From Moniliella sp. 'wahieum' (lineage: Eukaryota), in the NCBI GenBank assembly GCA_003971905.1, contig RSEE01000010.1, forward strand, positions 434,001-498,000: DNA of 64,000 nt, in the 5' to 3' direction. The position numbers were made by a program, and so were the translations under genes. This document shows positions 50,582 through 61,970 of this stretch, in pieces; position 1 is the first letter of the stretch; each line of letters opens with the position of its first letter. A model generated the notes under the pieces. It worked only from the letters and a program-made list of their open reading frames with translations. It was not told the origin of the DNA and made no database searches.

Positions 50582-52675
50582 ATGGCTGGGTCCTACAAGT
50601 ACGACGACGAGGGGACGCAGTTCCTCACCTTCGTCATCAGCGTCCTCTGTCTCGTGCTCGTCCCGCTTACGTGGTCCGGCCTTTCGCTCCGCCGCCGCAC
50701 CCGCTCCACCCACCAGGGCGCGTTCGACGCCCCTGGCCAGAAGATCCCCCCGTCGCCGCACTCAGCACGCGTCTTGGCCCGCGCATCAGTCTCCGCACCC
50801 TCTGTATTCTGCTCGGATGGGCGGCTGTGGGCCTCCTCGCCCACAACTCTCCACCACCACTGCCTCGTCGCCCAACAAAATCTACGACCCTTTCTCCATC
50901 CTCGGTATTGGTGCCTCGGCCACCGAGAAGCAGTCCGCAAGCACTACCGCAAGCTCAGTCTCAAGTTCCACCCCGATAAGCTTGTGCTCGGCCCAAACGA
51001 GACTGCTGCTGATGCGGAGGCACACTTTATTGAGCTCACCAAGGCCTACAAGGCTGACTGACGAGACCATCCGCAAGAATTTCGAGCTTTATGGCCATCC
51101 CGACGGGAGGCAGGAAATGAGTATGGGCATCGCCTTGCCGACCTGGGTCATTGAGAGCCACAACAATGTTTGGGTCTTGGGTGCCTATGGCCTGGTGTTT
51201 GGCCTGCTTTTGCCCATGCTTGTAGGCAGGTGGTGGTATGGGTCGCGGTCACGCACCAAGGATGGCGTGTACAATGCCACTGCCCAAGCCTATTTCCAAA
51301 ACCTGCGTGACGACACGCCTGCCTCGCGCCTTCTCTCTCTTTTGGCCATCTCGGAGGAATTCTCCCAACCAGGTCTGGATTTGCTTGCTGAGCGTTCTGC
51401 CAAATCAGGCAAGCCGTACACTGGCCAAGCCGCACTGGATGCTCTCGAGCGCCAGGTGCGTGAGGGACTGAAGCATTTTTCCCGATGCGCCTTACCCTCT
51501 TCATTCCGTTCGGAAAGTGTGCGACGTGCTCTGGTTTTGCTTAACGCTTACTTGTTGCGCATAAACCCTCTGTCCGGAGCTTGAAAAGGCCAAGTACCGT
51601 GCTGCTTCTACTGCACTGCCCTTGATCCAGTCGATGTTGTCAATTAGCCTTGGGCACAACTGGTTCCAACAAACGGAGAATGTGCTGGCGCTGCAACAGT
51701 GCATTGTGCAGGCCGTGCCATCCAAGCGCCTCGTCTGTAGCAGGACTACTACAGCTGCCCAACATGACGTTGCCAGTTGCTGAGAAGCTGGTGCGCGCTT
51801 CCAATGCCCGGGCTGACTGGGGTGTTCAAGGCCTCGTTGCCATGCCCGAGAATGAGCGGCATGCACTCCTTACCGACGGCAAGAAGGGGCTGAACGAGGA
51901 GGAGTATGCTAGCTTGATGTCTGTGGCCAAGGCCTGGCCCCGGATCCAGCTGCTAGGTGCTCAGTTCAAGGTCGCAGGTGAACGGCTGGTTACTGCAGGG
52001 GCATTGGTACAGCTCGTCATCCAACTCCGCCTTTCCCCGCCTGGCGATTTCCCAAATTACTTAATATGGCGTTGATGGTGATGCCCGACGGACGAAGGAC
52101 ATCTTGGTCACCAAAGAAACCGGTCCTGAGACCAAAGAGACTGTCCCCATCCTGAGGTAGACGATGGGGATGCGGCCCGGAGGATGCTGGCTCTGTCCCC
52201 ATCGGCTCGGCTCGCGCCCCTTACCTCATCGGCGAGCGAAAACCCCATTGGGTTGTCTTCGTTGGCGACTCGAAGGTAGACCGCGTCATGGTCCAGCCTA
52301 CGCGAGTAACTGATGTGGGGACTACAACACGCACATTCACCCTCTCCTTCTCGGCTCCTCCTTCGGCGGTGTCTACACATTTAATGTAGTCGTGCGCTCT
52401 GATTCATTCCTTGGATCGGACGCTGAACAGGCGTTGCGACTGACTGTGGAAGACCCCGCTGTGCTCGATGCGGAGGATGACTTCGACGACGATATTTCAG
52501 AGGCGGATGAAGATACGCTGGCGGGCCAATTGGCATTGATGCGGGGGAAAATGTGAAGCGATCCCCTGTCCATGGCGATGCCGGGTCGGAGGATGAAGGC
52601 GAGGAGGACGAGGATGCCTCGGGCGGGAGCTCAAGCGAAGACGAGGACACAGACACCGATTCTGACTCTGACTAG
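50582..52675 (+). CDS. SEC63: ER translocon J-protein Sec63 (many frameshifts)
   Basis: YKYDDEGTQFLTF, YDPFSILGI, YRKLSLKFHPDK, YGHPDGRQEMSMGIALP, acidic tail DDDISEADEDTLAGQLALMRG...DTDTDSDSD*. Confidence 0.95.
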
Positions 52676-52783
52676 ATTGTTTCTTCCCATCGTCCCTCGT
52701 TTGATGCCTTGTATTCTTCAAAATGGTTGCCCACATGTTTCCATTAGGCCTGCTGAATAGCTGGAACAATGATGGATTAGTCG

Positions 52784-55557
52784 TTAGTAGCGTGGGGGTC
52801 CACTCTGCACTGCCACCGCGGGCGGATTCTCGAATGCATGTCGACCAGGCTCGACCTTGACTTTGTACGGTTCATCGTCGGGCCCAGTGATATGGGCCTC
52901 TTCCGACGTCGAACTGGGGCCACCACCGCTTGCCTGCATGTGGTACACCACATACGGATGGAAGTCAGGATGCTCTTGTTGGAAGGCTTGGTATTCCTCC
53001 AACGTCTCAATCACTGGATCGTCATCGGCCGGGGGCATGCCCGTGTCGTGGATGAGGTTGCGGTACCACATAAATGCGTCTTGCTCCTCTACCAGCCGGG
53101 CAGCCTCATCGGCCTTAGACTGGCGGCGCTTCGCCCCCTCAGCTTCAATCTCCTGGGCACTGGGCTCCGTCTTGATGCCCGGTGGGAGCGATGCATACTC
53201 ACTGAGGTGAAACGGGAAATTGACGCAATCCAAGTCCCAGGGTTGACGGAGTCGCGCGGCCTCGCATTGCTCCAGGGTCCATTGTGATCCATAGCTCAAC
53301 GGTGCGATGCGCCACCATGCCGCCGTGGTAAGAAGTACGACGAGGGAGACCAAGCCCCAACGGGCATAACGAGAGGGTAGTGCCCCCATCACAGCGTCCA
53401 GCACTGTGGCAAAATCAGAACGCTGAAATACAACGCTGGAGGTAGTGATGGAGAAAGAGCTGCCGTTCCATCAAGAAGAAAGGGAGGTAGTGCAAAGCCC
53501 AACCGCAAACGAGGAACGCAAGGATGGTATCGTAAAAGACAACCTTGCGGCGGGTCAATTCGGGGTAGCCACGCTTGCTTCGTAGCATGAGCAACACGCG
53601 CGTACCCAAATATCAAGGTCGCTGCCGCAGAAGCCCACCAGACAAATGGATTGCCCAACAAATACACTTGTCGGCTTTCCTTGTTCCAAAAGTTTATCCC
53701 ACGGCGCAACAGCGGCCACTGGGACGGGCGCGAGTCGTACACATGACGCTCGGTCAAACCCGAATTTGTCTTGAACATTACCTTTTGCAACTCGATAAAC
53801 TTTTGCCAAAAGGAGGGAGTGCGATAGTTGACCTTGACCGCCGTGGGTTCCTCTTCCAACATAGGATGAACATTGGTTTCAATGAACCATAACGTATTGG
53901 GTCGGGTGGGAGATGAGTTGCAGGTCACCTCCTGTTGGAAAAGGCCCATTCGGGGAGCTCGACAGGTGGGAGAACAGGTAGCACCCCGAAAATGGGTGGC
54001 GCAAACGGAATACAGTGCGAAGGGCGCGCACCCTCTCGCGCGATTCCTTGTCGTGGCTAAGAGAAGTGTCGATCTCGACAATCCAATTGTCGTTCCCGTC
54101 ACCAGCAAAGTTGGTAAACCCATACGCCGAAACCTCGTTTTGGTAATCAGCGTCGGTCATGGGCGGACGAATGTCATGCGAGTGCAAGCGCTTATCCGAG
54201 GTGCGATGGGTTAGGCGGATAATGTCGCCGTTGCGAAGCCATTCCAGCTGGTCGAGTGTTGTTCCACCTCATGGGGTCCTTCGAGTGTAAGAGGAACACC
54301 ATCTTCATCTGTGGGCACCTCGGCGTCGAGCGGAGGTGCACGAATGACAAGCCATTCGTTGTTCTCATCCGAGTGAGGATACAACGTGATCTGTTGTTGC
54401 TTGGAACCGGTCTCGTAGGCGTGTGGGTGAGAATGCAGATACCCCCCTTGGGTATTCAGATGGCGGATCGTAACGGTCGACCCAAAGGCCACATCGGCGA
54501 ATGGGAAGCATCTCATGGCCGAGTAAACTGTGCTGGAACTCAGATGCATAAAATTATCCTGCGAACCAGAGCGGTTGATGACACGCAGATGGACAGCAAA
54601 CCAGAACGTGTAAATGGACGCAGGCCACAGAATCAAGAACAGGGCGCGAGCAACAAAGTGCTTAACGAACAGAACTAGTCCGACCTTCGGATCGACAAGG
54701 ATGTTCCACAACTGAAGCACAGTGAAAATGCCAATGGTTGCGATCGTGAACAGTCCCACATACTTGACGCTGACGACTACCCCAGGCTGGTGCCGGTAGC
54801 AATGAGCCAAAGCCACCAGGCTCTCGTAAATGGTCTCGTACCGTTGAGAAGCGAAAACTTGGTGTAGGCCAAGACCGCCGTAGCGGTGAAGAATATAAGA
54901 TGAGAGTCAAGAAGGATCAATCGGCTCTGGGTGGACAACGCGTTGTCAAGCCCAAGCATGAATGTGCCCACTGCGCTGGTTGCTGCGCGCAGCCCCAAAG
55001 AACGCAAAGTGAAATAGGCCACGGGAGCGTCAGGTAGCCCAATACGGCGCAGAGAAGGCGCATCTCGAGATATGGTACGGGCGTGTCCGGCCCATAGAGG
55101 TATTCGCGGCCAATTTCGGAAAAGTCGAAAGAGCCGTCAAACCCAGCCAGCCAACCTGCAGCAGCGATCGACATTGGCCAAGGGCGGATGTACGTCCATG
55201 AAAAGACGCGGTTGATGTACTTGCTAGCAAACCCACCAAAATGAAGTTCGTCAAATCTAATGAGGAGAGAATCGCGTCAGAGGCACAACCCAGATAGCAC
55301 GCTGGGCTGAAGACATTAGACATACACAACGCTGCTTGGTTGGCCGAGTCGGTAGAAGCGAACGGCGGCGGTCACGAGCAGAACCGAGGCAAACAGGACA
55401 AACTCTGCCCGTCGTGAAGAGGGGCGGGATTTGTCCGCATCTTGGAAGTGGATGTAGAGATGTCGCCAACAGGAGAAGAGTCTGTGGTAGTGGAGGGCAC
55501 GGAGTCCTTGAGGGGCCGGCGCCGCTCTCGCAGCACGCTGCTTGCGGGCGAATCCAT
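52784..55557 (-). CDS. PMT1: Dolichyl-phosphate-mannose:protein O-mannosyltransferase, Pmt1 subfamily
   Basis: SRLILLDS, SVKYVGLFTI, MIR region GGYLHSHPHAYETGSKQQQITLYPHSDENNEW, HSHDIRPP, HVYDSRPSQWP, HYLPFFLMERQLFLHHYL. Confidence 0.92.
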
Positions 55558-56072
55558 GGCGGCCGGCGAGCGAAACGAGAAGGGGGTCAGAAGAGGTAAG
55601 GAGAGTGAATGGGTGGGAACGTGGCGTCGCAGAGAGCGGAGACCGAGAAGATGTGCTTCAAGGGCTCGCCGGCAGGGTGGCATGAAGCGATGGTGGTGCT
55701 TGTCTCGTTCAACGCCAACGTGGCGCCGCCGCGAAGAAATGCCACGTCGATAATCACAGATCGACGAAACTAACCCTAGGGCGAAACCCTAGTGTCCGTC
55801 ACAAGTTGGTGCCATAACGCGAACGCATGCAATGCTTTTATTTATTTCAGTGTGGTACACCAAAATAATCGCAGTATACAGCAACCCGTACCTTCACTGG
55901 CTCAGGCTTAGATCCATCAGTAGGTTTGGGATGGCTGCATCGTCGTTACTCATTTGTCCCCTGTTTGGCAAGTACTTGTTGGACATTCATTGCTCTATCT
56001 CTATAATAATACACTGATGTTCATCTCGTAAGGCCGGAGAGACATAAGAGTCATCAGAGATTCGAAGGGACA

Positions 56073-56112
56073 GAGAAGAGACGAGAAGAGACGAGAAGAG
56101 GCGAGAAGAGGC
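56073..56112 (+). repeat. 10-bp purine-rich tandem repeat (GAGAAGAGRC) x4
   Basis: Read directly from the sequence. Confidence 0.85.
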
Positions 56113-56443
56113 AAACAAAATGCACCCTCATCTTCATCATGTATTTACAGAGTCAAAGGTTGGGACAAAGAATCGTTTCGCTCATTCGGCGTGTGCTGCT
56201 TGTTGATGCCAAAAAGTAACCCAATCGCCGAGGACAGGTATATAAGGACCGCCTGGTGATCTCTTCGGCGCATTCGCTTCCAAACTCTGGATCCATAGCT
56301 CTTGGCGTGGATTAGTAGTAAGAAACATTTCAGTAGTATACATGTGGGCTGTGACATGTGAGCGCTGTGAGCTCCCAACTCAGTACCCATTCCTTTTGCC
56401 CGCTGCGGCTTGGTGGAACAGTAACCGGTAACCTCGTGTTTTT

Positions 56444-56532
56444 TTCCCTAGCAGTGGCATGGCGCTGCCAAAAAGTAACACACACAAGATGAGCGTAGAG
56501 TTTCCCTGTCCCCGCCTTAAGTTCTGTCAATG
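56444..56532 (+). mobile_element. Short 3' fragment of the CRE-like retroelement (stop codon region plus 3' UTR)
   Basis: TTCCCTAGCAGTGG..GGCGCT.CCAA..AGTAAC..CAAGATGA..GTTTCCCTGTCCCCGCCTTAAGTTCTGTCAATG matches the reverse complements of 61387-61692 and 62863-62962. Confidence 0.7.
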
Positions 56533-56731
56533 TAATGATATGAATGCATAATTAAGGCGATTAAAGCTTAAAGGCTCTTGAGTGCGCCCTCCGGCTGGTA
56601 CATAAACTTTAAGGGAAAGACAGCTCTCTCCTCTTGGTTCTGAGTATTAAAGAGAGCACTCGGTGACCGGCACGTAGAATGAAAATCATCAGGCTATATA
56701 TCTCTGATGTACACGTGACATATATAGGCGT

Positions 56732-58758
56732 TCAGTACCAAATGGGCAGGAGCAGCAAGAAGTGATGAATGATCAGGAATAGGAAAGGGAGGGACAGAAA
56801 GATGCGAGACAAAACAGGGCCATTGTAGCTTGCCTGGGGAACTAATACCCCTCCAATGAAGTGACGTGATTGATAATACAGAAGCCTAAGGCTGAATGGG
56901 TGATTCGGCCACCTTCTCCTGTGTGGGTGGCTTTCGATGTCAGTGGCAGCTGGAGATTCGGCCCCCTTTGCATCCTGGCGATCGATCTCTGCACGTCCAG
57001 TGTCACTAACTGGGCCATCCAACGTGGCCTCGGTCTGGACGGCAGCGTATGGCGAGCGAGCACGGATGGCCGCGCCCTTCCAGATCAAGATGAAAGGAAG
57101 GGGGATGGCAATAGCGATCAGAAGACTGAGCAGTAGACCAGCGTACTGAAAGCCCATGTTGTTGAACATCTGGTTGGTAAACAAGGGGAAGCTTGCGGCC
57201 ATTAGGTTACGAATGAAGCCTTGAGCACCAATGGCTGAGGCACTCGACTCCCCGTACGCATCAGTCAGATATGCCTGCACCGATTGGAAAATCCACACAA
57301 TTCCGATCAGAAGTACAGCGAGGCCGATTTCGGGGGCGATCCAATGCACCCACGTGTAGGGGGCCGTAAAGGAAAAGATGAACATGCCAATAGTGGATAC
57401 AATGCCCCCTGCGGCGCCGTAGTACAGGCGCACCTCGGGTATGGCATGCCCACCGTGTGCGTCGGCAGATTTCTGGTAGAGGTAAGAGTCGTGGAAAAGG
57501 AACACCCAGCCAATGAAGGTGCCAATGATTGGACCAATGTAAGCTAGACCGGTGTTTCCTTCACCCCAGCCACGCTTTGTGGAGAAGGCAATTGGAATGG
57601 CACTGAAGAGGGCAAAGATCAAACTCCACGTATGACAACCAGAGGGAGAAGAAGAGGACAACTGGTTCCTTCACAATCATTACCGCCGCCGAGTCGTAGA
57701 GACCTTGAGAAGTTCCTTCAAACTTGGCGTTTCCAATTCATCTCGAGAGCGATAACGGTTATCGCCTGTCTCCTTGCGCAGCTTCTTGGCTCGGCGCGAA
57801 AGGAGAGCACTGCCACGGGGCTCACGCAAGAAGATGCACTCTAGAATCAGTGCGGTGCCATTGATGGCCATTTGAATCCACTCGATGGCGCGCCAGCCCA
57901 GATTGTGGCGTGCATCAATGTATCCAGCATATAGAGGCGAAGCAGCTGTGCCCAACACGGCGACAAGGGTGAAGAGCGCGACAGGTAGCCCGATCTCGTT
58001 GGGACCCAGATTGAAGCGAGTGTTCCCGGAATGATCGTCACACCGGCTGCTCCAAAACAACCCGAAAAGAAGCGGCCAATAACAATTGTCCAAATATTCT
58101 GCGCCTCAAAGAGAGCCACGAACCAAATGACAAACCCAGCGTAGCAGATCAGGTAACGGGTTGCGCCCCAACAAACTCGGACACGGGCCCCAGAATAGGA
58201 GGAACCTACGAAGGAGAAAAAAAATCAGCAACGCATTTCCCCACATCAAAGCGAAAGCGGGTATAGTGGTGAAATACGTACCAGGGCAAAGGCTACGTTG
58301 AACGCGGTAAAACCCACACGTCCAAGTTCAATTCCTGTGTGTAATCCATCTCATGGTTAGCATTGTTCCCCAAAAAATAGGGGCATAGACGTACCAGATG
58401 CATGCAGCTCCTTGCACATTCTTGACACCGGAACCATAGGCGGCGGTTGCCAAACCGATGAAGAGGCACATGGCGCACAGGAGACTGGTGTTGGTCCATT
58501 TTTTCATCTTGGACCAGTTCATGGGGTTCAGGGGGTCGTCAGGCCCATCCCAGTCGACGAGGATGATCTTGCCCTCCGATACCTCTTTGAGGATATCCTG
58601 GTTAAGGTGGGTTACAGAACCATGATCGATACTGGGAGATGCTGTATGTGTCTCCGCCTCGGATGTTGCAGCTGCCTCGGGTCAGCGTCGGCTGTAGTGT
58701 ATTGTTCCTTACCAGGAAAGATGTCCGCGCGGGTGTTTGATTGCTTCTTGAGGACCAT
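56732..58758 (-). CDS. MFS drug:H+ antiporter (DHA1 family); introns and frameshifts; 3' end uncertain
   Basis: VDWDGPDDPLNPMNWSKMKKW, IVIGRFFSGCFG, LGWRAIEW, PEVRL, YLTDAYGESSASAIGAQGFIRNLMAASFPLFTNQMF, IRARSPYA. Confidence 0.92.
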
Positions 58759-60076
58759 TGCAGGCAAATAAGAGCCGTCGCGATAACGGAGAGAGTTAAT
58801 AAGATGTGATGGAGATGGAAAAAGATGCTGATAAGAGTGGAAGGTAGAAGTAGTAGAGGTCGCAATCTGTGTTGGTGAGATGCTTTCCAACACGACGGAG
58901 AGGCACTGCTTTAATACAAGAACCGTCTGGCCAGATACAACCCCTATAATACTTTACTAATGAAGAGTAGCGAGACATAAAACATGGCGTGCCGCTTGCC
59001 GGCGAAACGTTTGAGACTCTAAATCTGTTGGACCTAGGAGTTAGGCCTTACGCCTTCTTGGACCTTAATAGGCCTCTTGAAGCTTGTGAAGGGGTTTTGA
59101 TCTTCTTAGACCTCAGATCTCAGACCACATTTTGGGCCCTGTCTGTACTGCGCATCAAAAAACCGGCGTAAGTGCTCCGATCCCCCTCATTTTCGCCTCT
59201 ATCCCATCTGGTGAATAGTTAGTACTAGCAGGAGAAACAGGAATTCGTCACCGTTCCTACACCCCCGCGGGGCTCCAGTCGGACCTGGAACGATGTATCG
59301 AACCGTTCTCTCCCCCGCATTGTTGTGGTGAACGCATGAACCGTGGATGATGATCGATGACGTCGATGACAGTGGCAAGTGGGCTCAGAGAGTGCGCTAG
59401 ATACTCAGGATGAGCCTGAGGCCTGTGAGATTTGAATCTGACGTCTGATGGATCTGAGATCTCTGAGATCTGAACGTTGAACGTTGAACTTCAACCGTCA
59501 ACGTGTCTCAACGCGTGTGAGCTTCAAGCGTCAAGCTTCAAGCTTCAAGCTTGAAGACACTGAACGCCGCTGATGATGATCGATGAACGTTGAACGTTCA
59601 GTTGAACGTGCGCTGAACTACCTTTTGGTACTGGTATTGAACTAAGCACAAATACTACCAATGGAGGACAAGTACAGGCATGTATTAGCTCCACAAGATG
59701 GTCTTTCCCCTTGGCCCTATTCATAGAGGGAGACGTACCCGGGAGACCCACAGCCAAGAAACAAGCAGTATATAAGAGTAATAACAGTATAGGTAAATTT
59801 GTGACTAGGCCTCCCTATTGCCTGCCTGCCTCTGGTCTCAGTGCCTCCGCACGCCTCAGCACCGCCTCAGCACAGCCTGTGACATGCTGACATCCCTGGC
59901 AGTATGTTCATCATGCATCATCACTATACCACTAGAGCAAAACTAGCAAATAGCCCTAGGAAGAAGTACCTCTTTTAGTACTTTCATGAGTAACCGATAA
60001 CTCGATAACCGGTAACCAGACGCCGCCGCTATGGGCGCGCTATCGGCTAATTATATTATCGATCATTAATCGATAA

Positions 60077-60152
60077 TCATCGATCATCGATCATCGATCA
60101 TCGATCATCGATCATCGATCATCGATCATCGATCATCGATCATCGATCATCG
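60077..60152. repeat. Heptamer microsatellite (TCATCGA) x ~11, the longest member of the TNA + palindromic tetramer family
   Basis: Ten perfect units at 60077-60146 plus TCATCG. Confidence 0.98.
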
Positions 60153-60484
60153 TCAACTAATATATTCCTTCCCCACGCTTGTTGATCAACTTGTCATCGA
60201 TACAGCGTCATGGATCTGTTCCTTGCAAAAAGCCCCACGCCTAGTCAACCTCTCTTCTACCATCGATATACCATGGGAAATCGATTCCTTTTGGGGAAGT
60301 TCAACTGTACACACCTCGGTGCATCATCAGATGAGATGCTGTGAGAGTGTGCTTTCCGAAAAGTTGCGTGTTGCCGCAAGGTCAATGTGGAAAAATAACC
60401 CTGAAGGAAGGATATGTCTTGTGCCGCTGGCGTACTCACGCAACCACGTGCAAAAGCCAAAATCTCTATATGCTGTAACTGTAC

Positions 60485-60534
60485 CATTGACATGTGACAT
60501 GTGACAGAGCTTTAAGGCTGGGACAAAGAAACGC
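60485..60534 (-). repeat. Retroelement 3'-terminal motif interrupted by two CATGTGA heptamers
   Basis: CATTGA-[CATGTGA]2-CAGAGCTTTAAGGCTGGGACAAAGAAACGC versus CATTGA-CAGAACTTAAGGCTGGGACAGGGAAACGC at 61387. Confidence 0.7.
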
Positions 60535-61386
60535 TCTCCTGTACCCCCAACAGGCGAAGCACGGCGGGGCCTGTGGGGGTTGGTGGAAACTGTGGAGGAG
60601 CTGCAGCGAGAGACACAAGGGTGCGGAGAAACTGAGACCAGATCACTGTGAAGACAGCGTGGTGGCTTTTAAATTTTATGCCGTTGCTGCGCCGCTGTCG
60701 CGCTCTTGGCCCTCGCTTCTGCCGCAACCTATCGACTCACTTAGTACTCAACTGAGTCACTGATGCACTGAGTTACTAGTTACGGATGCCTTGATGCCGC
60801 GCCGTACAAAGTAACGTTGAACGTTTTCCAGTCTGAGGCCTGACGCGTGACGTGACGCATGAGGGCGGCCTGAAGCCCTGTGACATGTGACATGTGACAT
60901 GACATGCATGACATGTGAAGTGCATGTGAAGCTTTTGAAGCTTGAAGCTTGACGGTTGGAATTGAATATTGGAGCTTGAAGCTTCAAGAACCTCTAGCTT
61001 GAAGGCAGCTCTCGTAGCGAGCTTGCAGTGGCCTCAACGCCTCAGCACCTCAGTACCTCTGGTAATGCTGAGGCCGAGGCTGAGGCTGAGCAGCGCTTGC
61101 TCAGCTGAGCAACCCTCAGGCCTGAGGGCCTCAGGTCCCCTGCCGCTATTATCATTAGATTATCATTAGACGACTTGAAGCTTGACGCGTGACGAGGGGT
61201 CACCGGTCACCCTACGGATCCCTTTTTAAGCTCTGAGACTTCACCGATCGGCATGGCGCCCATCCCGGAGGCCTCAGCCTGAGGCCTCAGCCTGAGGCCT
61301 GATGCATGATGCATGATGTGTATGATGCCTGATCGAGATCTCGCTGACGTCCAAACCCTTATATTGATCCCTATATTGATCCCTAT

Positions 61387-61950
61387 CATTGACAGAACTT
61401 AAGGCTGGGACAGGGAAACGCTATACGCCTAAACTGTCACAGTCGGGGCTACAGCTACAGCGAGGGAGACCAGAATCGGACTACGCCAAGGGGTGTAGCA
61501 ATCGTTCGTGGGGAAGAAGCAAGAACAGAGGATATATGGTGCGAAGTGGAAGAAACAGGGAAGGAGCGAGACGCTCGAGACGAAGAATTTGGAAAATGGG
61601 AGCGAGATCAGCCAAACTATGACATAAACGGACCGGTTACCGGTTACTCAACTTGCGTGAGTTACTTGGTAGCGCCACTACTGCTAGGGAACCAGCAGGA
61701 TCGCCATGATACCAGGACCCTCTGGTGCTCGCCATCTGGTCCCGTACCCGATGTAGCGCATGTGGACACGGATGAACGCGGTAGACATCCGAGCGAGGAA
61801 CCATTTCCATTGAGATTCACAGTAGTCAACTATAGTCAAATCCTTCCAGTGCGCAAGCATCTTTCCCGCTGTCTCGGTGCCGTAATAGTATATCCTCGCG
61901 TCGTCAAAACCAGGAGGGGAAAACGGCTCTTGCGTGCATCCCTGGTACTT
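61387..61950 (-). mobile_element. 5'-truncated, degenerate CRE/Cnl1-like non-LTR retrotransposon (copy A)
   Basis: 61684-61950 aligns by eye to 62955-63203 (KYQG..PLVLTTRG..SQWKWFLARMST..GYGT.W..PEGP) with frameshifts; shared 3' terminus at 61387. Confidence 0.65.
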
Positions 61951-61970
61951 TATAGTTGAAGGTTGATGAC

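Noticed and set aside
55768..55792. Telomere-like CTAACCCTA / AAACCCTA
   Set aside because: Only two degenerate units; not an interstitial telomere array. Kept only as a possible promoter motif.
61387..61421. GTCCCAGCCT resembles part of the HDV ribozyme
   Set aside because: No complementary P1/P3 strands or conserved L3 follow, and the motif lies at the element's 3' end.
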